Of a DNA stretch of 64,000 bases, positions 12,438 to 24,199 are shown piece after piece. The stretch spans positions 86,244,001 through 86,308,000 of the forward strand of contig NC_086097.1 in NCBI RefSeq assembly GCF_963921235.1, written 5' to 3'. Source of the DNA: Mobula hypostoma. Its lineage: Eukaryota. The notes under the pieces were generated by a model. The model was not told the DNA's origin, searched no databases, and saw only the letters and a program-made list of their open reading frames with translations. The number at the start of each line of letters is the position of its first letter. Position 1 is the stretch's first letter. The position numbers and the translations under genes were made by a program.

Positions 12438-14639
12438 TCAAATGTTATTGCTTATTGCTAGTGGAATTGAATAATAGAAAGTTTAATCTTCATCAATGTA
12501 AACAATGAATGAAACCACACCAGGAGCACTGAGCACAGTGAGAGTACTGTGAGAGTGTGATACTGGATCTCCTATTAGGGAACGGGACAGGACAGGTGAC
12601 AGAAATGCATGCAGGGGAACACTTTGGATCTAGTGACCATAATGCATTAGTTTCAAGGTAATTCTGGAGAAGGATCGCTGTTATTTTCAGCTTAAGATTC
12701 TAAATTGGAGAAAGGCCAATTTTGATGGCATTAAAAAAGATCTGGCAAGTGTAGATTGGGTCAGGTTGCTTTCTGGCAAAGGTGTGCTTGGTAAGTGGGA
12801 GATCTTCAAAAGTTAAATTTTGAAAGCACAGAGTTTGTAAGAATAAAAGGTAAGGATAACAGATTTAGAGGACCTTAGTTGTCAAGAGATATTGTGGCCT
12901 TGGTTAATAAGAAGAAGGAGGTGCATATCAGGTATAAGTAGCAAAGAATAAATGAGGTACTTGAGAAGTATAAGAATTGCAAACGAACACTTGAGAGGGA
13001 AATCAAGAGGGCTAAAAGAATGCATGAGTTTGCAGACAAGGTGAAAGAGAATTCTAAGAGCTTCTTAAAATATACTAAGAGCAAAAGCATAGCAAGGGAC
13101 ATAATTGGTCCTCAGTAAGATCAGTGAATATCTATGCATGGAGCCAAGAGAGATAGGGGAGAGGTTTAATGGATTTTTTGCATAGGCATTTACTCGCTAG
13201 ACAGACACAGCATCTATAGAAGTGAGGCCACATAGCAGGGAGGACATGACTGTACAGGGATTACAGAGGAGGAGGTGTTTGCTGCTTTGAGACAAATTAG
13301 GGTGGATAAATCCCCAGGGTCTGACAAAGTGTTCTCTCAGACCTTGTGGGAGGCTAGTGCAGAAATGGCAGGAACCCTAGCAGAGATATTTAACATTTCC
13401 TTAGCCATGGGTGTGGTGCCAGAGGACTGGAATATAGCTAATATTGTTCTGTTGTTTAAGAAAGACCCTAAGGATAAGCCAGCATATCATAGGCTTGACA
13501 GCCTGACATCAGTAGTGGGTAAGTTTTTGGAAGACATTCTAAGGGACTGGGTATATAAGTATTTGGATAGACAGGGATTGATTAGGGGTGGTTTTGCGTG
13601 TGGTAGATCATGTCTGACCAATTTTATAGGATTTTTTTAATGAAGCTACCAGTACAATCATTAATGATCTGTTAGACTGCCAACCAGAATCCTGTATAGG
13701 ATCCTATCTTGTTTTAGAGTCTGCCTAAGACCAGAACTCCTGTCAGGTGTTAACATCAAGCCCATTACTATTGTGTTTACCTATATATGTTCAAGAAATG
13801 CACCACTCCAGCCTAGAATTCCCTTCCCAAAGAGCAGAGTCTTTGAATGTTAAGGTGGATAGATACTTAATAAGCAAGAGGCTGAAGGATTAACACAAAA
13901 TATTGTCAATGTGCTGTTAAGGTTACAACCATTTCCAGCACAACTTTATTAAGTGACTGAACAGGCTTGAGGGGCTGAGTAGTCTACATATGACATGGAG
14001 CCCGCATGAAGATTTGAAAAATATATTTTGCTGTCTGACAATAATTAAACGGGTCACCTCCACCTTTTCCGAGATGAAATTCAGGGCTAATTTTAGTCTA
14101 CTGGTGCGATATCCATTGTACATTGAGATCAATAGAAAGTCAAATTAGGTCACCTGTAGCAAGAGCAGCTGACCCAGCTTTGATCCAATTTTTTTAAAGG
14201 CAGATCAAGTTACGGTTACTGTTCGATATCATATTAACTGAATTCAGATGATCAAAGCCATTGGCAATGAAGATAAATCCATTTTGTGCATAGATTATGA
14301 CAAGTTAATTCCTACAGAATTAAATATAATTGAATAGGCCTTACATCAAGCTAGTGATAATGTCTTTTTGTATTATAAACTGATTTGTGTTTTGCTTCGA
14401 TGTGCTCAGAAGATATCAACATAATAAGTAAAGCATCCAAACTCAAAATTACCCTGACTTTGATATATTAACAAGTCTCCTTTTCCATCTCTAAGGGAAA
14501 AATGTATCAGCATTCTTATAAGCACTCTCCTATCTTACAAAATATTGGTGCCCCGAAGGAAGATGAACGTGGGAGAAGAGATAATTCATCTTTCAGCCTT
14601 TTCACAAAGTTATTTTTTTTTTTATAAATGCACCATAGA

Positions 14640-15110
14640 AAACATCCAACCTTAATGCATCATGGCTTGGTGTGGCCACTGCCCTACTCAAGACCACAAG
14701 AAACAGCTCAGCTCATCATGAAAACTAACCTCTGTTCACTCTGTCTACACTTCTTACTTTCTCGGTAAAGAAGCCAACATCATCAAAGACCCCGCGTCAG
14801 TAGGACAGAAGATGCAAAAGCCTAAAGGCACATACCACCAGGCTCAAGGACAGTTTCAATCCCAGTTATAATAAGTGGGAATGGACCTCTTATATGATAA
14901 GATGGACTCTAGACCTCACAAGCTACCTTGTCATGGCCTTGCACCTTACTGTGTGCCTGCACTGAACTTACTCTGTAACACGATACTCCATATTCTGTTA
15001 CCGCTTCTCCCTCAATGTTCTGATGTGATGAAATGATCTGTATGGATGGTATGTGAAAAAAGTGTTTCACTGTACCTCAGTACACATGACAATAGTAAAC
15101 CAATCCACCA
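14640..15110 (+). mobile_element. Rex1-type LINE 3' fragment / derived SINE
   Basis: Homologous to 2610-3050 and 37300-37800. Confidence 0.55.
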
Positions 15111-16095
15111 CTTACTAATCACTGATGCCAGATTTGTTAATGCTCGGAAACAAAAACAATCAGATTCATAACTAAATTTGCATAAAAAGTTTTCCCAAAA
15201 TGAGCCGTAAGCAAATGACAAATTTATGTGATCAAAAATCAAAACAAAATGTGAGTCAGAAGGTAAACTTTAGATTCAATTGCAAAACTCCCTTTTTAAT
15301 ATATGGAATAAATCAGTTACTACAACTTTAAAAACACAAATTTATTGCTGATGGAATATATCCTCAGCTGAACTATGACTGACTACTGCACCAGGGAATG
15401 CTTTGCCCATCCCATTGAGATCATAAAAGATATGTTATTAATTGATAGAGCCTGTCAAAATGGGTGCTCCCTGCACCAAACAAGTGTCACACCAGTATAA
15501 ATCAACACCGAGAACATTTGTCATCCCTCATTTATTTTTCCATTTCCTTCCTCAACCCCTGCACTGATTACGGCATGGGGCTCTTGGACATTTCCCAACA
15601 CATCACTCAAGTGGTAATTTCCCCCAGCACAAATGGGACAGCGTGTGTCAGTAGATAATTTAATGACCGTGAACCATCTGAGCTGAACCAAATCCTTTCC
15701 TTGCCAAAGCAGGGTTTGACCAAATAGATGCAGGATGCTGTCCAAGATGAAAGAGAACAGCCAAAAATCTTAGTTCATTCCACTTTTGGAGTTAATAACA
15801 TGGATCAAGAAAGGTGTTTCATTTACATGTTACATAAAATAGAAAAAAGATGATAAGTAATGACTCAGTATAATTACTGTTGAATTCAGAAAGAGGAAAA
15901 CAGTTCCAGCAAATGAAAAAGTATAAAAGAACAGAAATTCACAACACAGAAAGGCATCATTCAGCCCATCAACTGTGCTGGTCTAAAAAGAATCTACCAG
16001 CCCTTCCTAATTTCGGGTCTTTAATCCATGGTTTAGAGCACTCCAAGTGCTGATCAAAATAATCATTAAATCTAATGAGTGTCCTAAGGAACTTC

Positions 16096-16780
16096 TGTTA
16101 TGCTACACCAAAACATTTGCAGGATTGATTGGGAAGGCAGAAGGATACAGACACCAATCATCTACCTAGAACAACAAAACTTCATTTATTAGAACATAAT
16201 ATCAAGCATTAAATCACTGATGTACGTTTGTAGGTACACACGGGCCCCATCTCACTGCAGCATGCTTCCTTTTCTATGTAATCCATAGCACCACTCAGGT
16301 TCCAGCCCACGGTGGAGTTCTGAGAACCCGATACCTGACTTCCCCGATTGCTCTACGATTACACCCTCTCCGCAGATATGAAATGCTGTAGTAAGTGGAC
16401 CAATATGTTCACACCTGCTCCAATCACTGAATCAGAACCAATCATCACGTCACCACCCTTTGCCAACCTGCCCCTGTGTTCACCTGACTCTCATGGTTGT
16501 ATTCCCTCTGTATATTGCATTCTTTCACTTGTCGTATTGTATTCCCACAGTTGTAATCAAAGCTTCTGCAGCCAGTTCATGTAATCCCAACACCATAGTG
16601 GTGAATACATTTGACAAGCACGAAGATTATTCCTTTAAAATACATTCCTCCTCCCCCCCACAACTGTTGCAACCCCTACATCCAACCTACAGGCTTTCAT
16701 ACAACCCCCATAAAATCCTTACCATATTACAAGCAAATCACAAAAGTACTAAATATCAAAGCAAAATGGCTATCGTAACA
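16096..16780 (-). mobile_element. Solo LTR
   Basis: TGTTA...TAACA termini; flanks CTTC/CTCC (3/4 match); TTTATT near the left end is AATAAA on the minus strand. Confidence 0.6.
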
Positions 16781-16789
16781 CTCCAGTGC

Positions 16790-18003
16790 ACTACTTCAGA
16801 CAGAGGGTAGTGGTTGAAGGGACTTATTCGAGCTGGAGTGTTGCAATTAGTGGAGTTCCACAGGGATCTGCACTGGGTCCTCTGCTGTTGGTGATGTTTA
16901 TAAATGAACTGGATGAAAATGTAGACAGAGGGTCAGTAAGTTTGCGGATGATACCAAGATTGGTGGAGTTGTTGCTAGTGTAGAGTACTGGCAAAGGATA
17001 CAATGCAATATAGATCACAAACAAGAGAAAATCTGCAGATGCTGGAAATCCAAGTAACACACACAAAATGCTGGAGGAACTCAGCAGGCCAGGCACCATC
17101 TATGGAAAAGAGTACTGTTGATGTTTCGGGCCATGACCCTTTGGAATTCTTCCAGCTTTTTGTGTGTGTTGCAATATAGGTTATTTGCCAATATGGGCAG
17201 AGAAGTGGCAGATAGAGTTTAAACCAGATAAATGTGAGGTGTTGCACCTTGGTCGGGTAAATGCAAGGAGACAATAAACTGTTAAGGGCAAGATCCTTAA
17301 CAGTGTTGCTGAGCAGAGCGACCTTGGGATCCAAATTCATAGCTCCTTGAAAGTGGCTACACAGGTTGATAAGGTGATAAAGAAGGCTTGTAAAATGTTT
17401 GCTTTTATTAAACAAGGCATTGAGTTCAAAAGTCAAGAGATTATGTTGCAACTTTATAAAACTCTGGATAGGTCACATCTGGAATACTGAATATATTTCT
17501 GATCGCCCCACTATAGGAAGAATTTTGAGGCTTTAGAGATAGTGCAGCAGAGGTTTACCAGGATTCTGCCTGGCTTAGGGGGCATGTGCCACTTGAGAGA
17601 CTGGATAAACTTGGGTTGTTATCTCTGGAGTGCTGAGGGGAGATCTGATAGAGGTTTATAAGATTGTGAGAGGCATAGATAGAGTAGACAGGGAGTATCT
17701 GTTTCCAGGGTTGAAGTGTCTAATTTCAAAGAGAATGCATTGAAGGTGAGAGAAGATAGGTTTAAGGGGGATGTGAGGGGTGAGTTTTTCACTCAGAGAG
17801 TGGCAGATGCCTGGAATGCGCTGCCTGGTATGGTGGTAGAGGCAAATACATTAGAGGCTTTTAAGAGACATTTGGATAGGCACATGGATGTAAGGAAGAT
17901 GGAGGGATTGGCGTTTGGATCTTTTTGATTTGATTTTTAGCTGGTTTGATGCAACATTGTGGGCTGAATGTCTTGTTCCTGTGCTGCACTGTTCTATGGT
18001 CTA
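16790..18003 (+). mobile_element. CR1 LINE 3' part (RT to 3' UTR)
   Basis: SGVPQGSALGPLL motif, RGEFFTQRV C-terminus, TTCTATG tail. Confidence 0.85.
17014..17169 (-). mobile_element. Penelope-like pseudo-LTR insert with short inverted end, inside CR1
   Basis: 10-bp TSD TGCAATATAG (17004-17013, 17170-17179); truncated hammerhead GGGTCATGGCCCGAAACATC on the minus strand. Confidence 0.7.
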
Positions 18004-18004
18004 A

Positions 18005-19258
18005 TAATAACAAATAAAAAATAAAAAAATAATAATATTGAGAACATAAATTGTCAAATCCTTAAAAGTGAGTCCATAGCTTGTGGAATAGTTCAGTGTT
18101 GAAGTGAGTGAAGTTATATACTATGGTTCAGGAGCCTGATGGTTGAATTGTAAAAACTGTTCCTGAACTTGGTGGTGTAGGGCCAAAGTCTCCCGTACCT
18201 CCTTCCTGATGGCAGCAGTGAGACGAGAGCATGGCCTGAATGGTGGAGGCCTTCGATGATGGATGCTGCTTTCTTGCAGCAATGCCCCTTGTAGATATGC
18301 TCAGTGGAGGGGAGGGCCTTTCCTGTGATGAACTGGGCTGTATTCACTGCTTTTTGTAGGCTTTTCCCACTCTTGGACATTGGTGTTTCCACAGCAGGCC
18401 GTGATGCACAAGTTACGAAACTCTCCCCTGTGCATCTATTGACATTTATCAAAGCTTTAGATGATCTGTCAAGTCTATGCAAACTTCTAGGAAGGTAGAG
18501 GCATTGCCATACCTCCTTCCTATTGCACTTACATGCTGATCCCAGGACAGATTCTCTGAAGTGATAACATCAAGAAATTTAAAGTTACTGACACTCTCCA
18601 CCCGAGGACTGGCTCATCAATCTCCTGTTTCTTTTCCTGAAGTCAATAATCAGCTGCTTAGTCTTGCTGACATTGAGTGACAGGTTGTTTCTGTGGCACC
18701 ACTCAGACAGATTTTCCATCCCCTTCCTATATGCTGATTCGTCACCACCTTTGACTCATCCAATGGAGGTGGTGCAATCAGCACACTTAAATATGGCATT
18801 GGAACTGTGCTTAGCCTCACGGCCATAAGTATAAAGCAAGTAGCGCAGGGAGCTAAACACATAGCCATATGGTGCACATATACTGATGGTGATTGTGGAG
18901 ATCTTTTTGCCAATCTGAACTGACTGGTTTTGGCAAATAATGAAATCCAGGATCAGATTGCACAAGGAGGTATCAAGGCCTAGAATTGGATCGTAGTGAT
19001 TAGTTTTGAGGGGATGATATTATTCAATGCTGAGCTGTGATCAATGAATCATGATATATGCATCTTCACTGTTCAGATGCTCCAGGGCTGAGTGAAGAGC
19101 CAGTGAGATGGCATCTGCTGTTGACTTGTTGCGATGGTAGACAAATTCCAGTGGATCCAAGTCATTCCTCAGGGGATTTGATATACTTCATGACCATCTT
19201 CTGAAAGTACCTCACCCGATGGAGGAAAGTGCTGCTGGGTGATAGTCATTGAGGCAGG
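18005..19258 (-). mobile_element. Rex1/Babar-type LINE fragment (continues at about 21355-21590)
   Basis: ORFs with H.GHAL.SLLPSGRRY..L...TT.FRNSF and LCNLILDF; degenerate RT. Confidence 0.75.
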
Positions 19259-21351
19259 TGTCCTGTGGTGGGGGGTGGGGGGTGCGTGTGTCTGACTCTG
19301 ATTGTCAAAAGTCATTTTTGTAATGATTGGTTAGTTGCTGTTCCCATTGGCAGACGTTTTTCCCTTTGGTTAGCTGCCTGGCATCCAGTTTCAAATATCC
19401 TAGGTATATAGAGAGTGCATGTGGGAAGTTCTCTCTCTCTTCCCTTGTTTCAGGCAAGCAGCGCACATGACCATTGGGAAGGTATGCTCTGCATGTGCTT
19501 TTAAATAAGTATGTTTGTTGAATGTATGTTTGATGAATATTCAACTTGATAGCTTCTGTAACTTGGGGAACATGAATGTTTGTTTGAATTTTTACTGATT
19601 GTAAATAAATGATTAATATACTCATTCACAGTCAATGTTTTCTGTCTCACATGTCAGACTCGTGATTTTGATTCAACATTTTGGTGCAGTGACAGGGTGT
19701 GGATTTCCGAGCAGAAATGCTTTTCTTTAAAAGGCTATTTAAAAGAGTGGACTCTCTGCATGAGAGGTGCAGAGTCCCAGGCTGGACAGAAAATAGTGCA
19801 GGCTTTAGAAGTCTCGCCAGCTTGTTGATGGGTTACGGGATGCCGGTAGATTAGTCAGACCAGTTAGATTTCACTGGGGTTAAAATGGGACAGCACAATG
19901 TTTCCATACTTAAATCATAGGGTTTTCATAGGAGAAAAGATAATTGGCAGAATACTTTGCGGTGATTGTAAGACAGCAGTATAAAATGATAGTGAGTCTT
20001 AAGAATGATTGAAATGTCAGTCAGCGCTGTATTATTCTGAGAGAATCACTATTGATGGCTCAGGGTAGGGTTGAAAAGTTAGAGAATAAGAACATAGAGA
20101 TAGATTGTAAGCTAATGAAGCTACAGCGCTTAGACGTCGTGTGCTGAGCTGGTTGGCGGCCCAACTCTGTTAAGGTTCGAGCCATAATGAGACAGGTTCA
20201 TGATTGTACTGTGGGCTTGGAGACGGGGATGTCTGGCTGGAAAATGAAAATGAGGGAGAGAGGGTAGCACTGACCCCTCAGTTTAAGGGAGGGAAGAGAA
20301 GATGGCGGCGCGACGCAGCTTGCAGTGGCCACTCCAGTGGTGATGACTGTTATTTGTCAAGTAGGGTGCAGTGCACAATCCTGATTTGATGGAGACAGAT
20401 GTGAGAGCACGGAGGAACATGGCAGGGAGAGTTTCTCCCTTCAACCATCTGCGTGAGATGATGGGACTTTCGAGAGACTTTGAGACTATTTTTTACCATG
20501 CCCATGCTCTGTCCTTCATCAAATTATGGTATTGTTTTGCACTGTTGTAAATATATGTTATAATTATGTAGTTTTTGTCAGTTTTTTTAGTCTTGGTTTG
20601 TCTTGTGTTTCTGTGATATCATTCTGGAGGAACAAATTGTATCATTTCTTAAAGTATGCGTTACTAAATGACAATAAAAGAGGACTGTGTGTCCTCATAA
20701 TCTAATCTAATCATGTGGTTTTGTCAGTTTTAGTCTTGGTTTGTCCAATGTTTTTCTCGTGATATCATGCTGGAGGAACATCATATCATTTTTTAATACA
20801 TGCATTTCTAAATGACAATAAACGAGGACTTTGCTTGTTGCTCGGTGGCTGGGGCAGGGTCGAAGCACTCGGCAGAGGATAGTGCTCAGATGGGTGTTTT
20901 ACTTTTATGTTTTATATGTAACTTAGGGAGCTCATGAAATTCATACTAGTCTGAAGGTTGGATCATCACGTGGGGTGTCCTGTGGAGGTGTGGCTTCTGT
21001 CTCAATTGGTTAGTTTAGAAAGTGCAGCTGCTTTTCCCATAGGTTAACTGCCTGGGTCCAGTTTTAAATATTCTAGGTATTTAGAGAGCATGTGTGGGAG
21101 GTTCTGTCTCTCTTCCTTCGTTTAAGGTAAGTGGTACACATGACCATTGGGAAGGTATGCTCTGTGGGCACTTTTAACTAAGTATATCTGTTGGGTGTAT
21201 ATTTGATGAATATTCAACTTGATCATCTCTGTAACTTGGGGAACATGAATATTTGGTCAAATTTTTACTGTTTGTGCATAAGTGATTAATATACTTATTC
21301 CCAATCAGTGTTTTCTGTTTCACTTGCCAGACCCACAAACATGATTCAGCA
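19259..21351 (+). mobile_element. Decayed, internally deleted LTR element with two LTRs (19259-19678 and 20976-21351)
   Basis: Diverged direct repeats TGTCCTGTGG...TTCA(A/G)CA; PBS-like TGGTGCAGTGAC just after LTR1; GGGG before LTR2; no clear TSD. Confidence 0.75.
20288..20890 (+). mobile_element. Non-autonomous LINE-derived retroposon (AAGATGGCGGCG head, hairpin and (ATCTA)n tail), rearranged copy
   Basis: Homologous to 61230-61903 in reverse orientation. Confidence 0.75.
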
Positions 21352-22047
21352 TTACAGCAGCTTGCTATGTCCTTCAACTGCTATGATTGAAGCCTTCTAC
21401 CTGGTACCTCAGACTGCCAAAGCAAGTGGATAAAAATGTCAACAAACACTCCAGCCAGTTGATTAGCACTGTCTGGGCTGGATGCTTTCTGTTGGTTCAC
21501 TCTCCTGAAGGATGCTCTCACATCGGCCTCAGAGACTGAATTGATAGGGCTAACGGGGGCTGTGGGAGTTTGTGAAAGTGCCTCTATGTTGATGACTTAG
21601 TCATTGGTCTGGTTGGTGGCTTTTCTGTTCAAGGAAATAGATTCTTCCTAGCCACTCTTAGGAAGGGTATATCATAACTTTAGACATCTCTATTAAATCA
21701 CTCCCAGATTCATCTGAATCTCTGGAATTCTCTAACCCAGAGTGATATAGATCATTGAGGATATTTAAAGAGGAACTAAAGACTTTGGGGAACACGCCAA
21801 AATGTAGAGTTTAGCCTGGGCAGGTCAGATGTGCTTATATTGAATAACAGTGCAAGTTTGAAGGGCTCATCCTTTCTAATGTTCACTATTTCAAAGAAAC
21901 TGGCATAGTCCTGTCAACTTTTTCCATGTCGTAGAAAGCTTCATCACTGACAGCATTCTCATAAATGTCCCTTGTGCTCCATCTAGCTGATCTGATAACA
22001 ATCTTTCAGGAAGGTAAAGAACAGAACTATGTGCAGTGCTCTAGTTA

Positions 22048-23910
22048 GAAACATAGAAACATAGAAAAGAGGTGCAGGAGTAGGCCACTCGGCCCTTCGA
22101 GCCTGCACCGCCATTCAGTATGATCATGGCTGATCATCCAACTCAGAACCCTGTACCAGCCTTCCCTCCATACCCCCTGATCCCTTTAGCCACAAGGGCC
22201 ATATCTAACTCCCTCTTAAATATAGCCAATGAACTGGCCTCAACTGTTTCCTGTGACAGAGAATTCCACAGATTCACCACTCTCTGTGTGAAGAAGTTTT
22301 TCCTAATCTCGGTCCTAAAAGGCTTCCCCTTTATCCTCAAATTGTGACCCCTCGTCCTGGACTTCCTCAACATTGGGAACAATCTTCCTGCATCTAGCCT
22401 GTCCAATCCCTTTAGGATTTTATACGTTTCAAGCAGATCCCCCCTCAATCTTCTAAATTCCAATGAGTACAAGCCCAGTTCATCCAGTCTTTCATCATAT
22501 GAAAGTCCTGCCATCCCAGGAATCAATCTGGTGAACCTTCTTTGTACTCCCTCTATGGCAAGGATGTCTTTCCTCAGATTAGGGGACCAAAACTGCACAC
22601 AATACTCCAGGTATGGTCTCACCAAGGCCTTGTACAACTGCAGTATTACCTCCCTGCTCCTGTACTCGAATCCTCTTGCTATAAATGCCAGCATACCATT
22701 CGCCTTTTTCACCACCTGCTGTACCTGCATGCCCACTTTCAATGACTGCTGTATAATGACACCCAGGTCTCATTGCACCTCCCCTTTTCCTAATCAGCCA
22801 CCATTCAGATAATAATCTGTTTTCCTGTTTTTGCCACCAAAGTGGATAACTTCACATTTATCCACATTAAATTGCATCTGCCATGAATTTGTCCACTCAC
22901 CTAACCTTTCCAAGTCACCCTGCATCCTCTTAGCATCCTCCTCACAGCTAACACTGCCGCCCAGCTTCGTGTCATCCGCAAACTTGGAGATGCTGCATTT
23001 AATTCCCTCATCCAAGTCACTATTATATATTGTAAACAACTGGGGTCCCAGCACTGAGCCTTGCGGTACCCCACTAGTCACTGCCTGCCATTCTGAAAAG
23101 GTCCCATTTATTCCCACTCTTTGCTTCCTGTCTGCCAACCAATTCTCTATCCACATCAATACCTTACCCCCAATACCGTATGCTTTAAGTTTGCACACTA
23201 ATCTCCTGTGTGGGACCTTGTCAAAAGCCTTTTGAAAATCCAAATATACCACATCCACTGGTTCTCCCCTATTCACTCTACTAGTTACATCCTCAAAAAA
23301 TTCTACGAGATTCGTCAGACATGATTTTCCTTTCACAAATCCATTCTGACTTTGTCCGATGATTTCACCGCTTTCCAAATGTACTGTTATCACATCTTGG
23401 CTAACTGACTCTAGCATTTTCCCCACCACCAATGTTAGGCTAACCGGTCTATAATTCCCTGGTTTCTCTCTCCCTCCTTTTTTAAAAAGTGGAGTTACAT
23501 TAGCCACCCTCCAATCCTCAGGAACTAGTCCAGAATCTAACGAGTTTTGAAAAATTATCACTAATGCATCCACTATTTCTTGGGCTACTTCCTTAAGCAC
23601 TCTGGGATGCAGACCATCTGGCCCTGGGGATTTATCTGCCTTTAATCCCTTCAATTTACCTAACACCACTTCCCTACTAATATGTATTTCCCTCAGTTCC
23701 TCCATCTCACTGGACCCTCTGTCCCCTACTATTTCCGGAAGATTATTTATGTCCTCCTTAGTGAAGACAGAACCAAAGTAATTATTCAATTGGTCTGCCA
23801 TGTCCTTGCTCCCCATAATCAATTCACCTGTTTCTGTCTGTAGAGGACCTACATTTGTCTTAACCAATATTTTTCTTTTCACATATCTATAAAAGCTTTT
23901 ACAGTCAGTT
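22048..23910 (-). mobile_element. Young 5'-truncated CR1 LINE; RT ORFs 23882-22794 and 22742-22143
   Basis: YLDFQKAFDKVPH, GVPQGSVLGP and KFADD motifs; (TTTCTATG)n tail. Confidence 0.95.
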
Positions 23911-24199
23911 GTAACTTAATGAGTGATAATTCAGTTCTATCATAATAGTTGTGCTCTTATAGACACTTAATGCACCCTGGCATTCAAAAAAAAAAACAGG
24001 AAATAGCAAATGCTGGAAACACGGAACAGGTTAAGCGGTATTCATGGAGAGAGATTGTTTCTATTGAGAAATTGAAACCGAGATTCAGAATGGACCAAGG
24101 ATTGGAAAGCAACAAAAAATAAAGCAGACTCCAGAAATCTGAGGATGCTGTTGGGGTTTTCCAAATTTCTTTTTTATTTCAGATTCTGAGCATCTGCCA

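Larger units (their letters stand above)
11200..13650 (+). mobile_element. Two decayed CR1 LINE ORF2 fragments
   Basis: ORF 13275-13640 (DKSPG...VPEDW..AN...LFKK...SLTSVVGK) plus upstream degenerate RT sequence. Confidence 0.8.

Noticed and set aside
22531..23235. Plus-strand ORFs over CR1
   Set aside because: Antisense shadows of CR1 ORF2.
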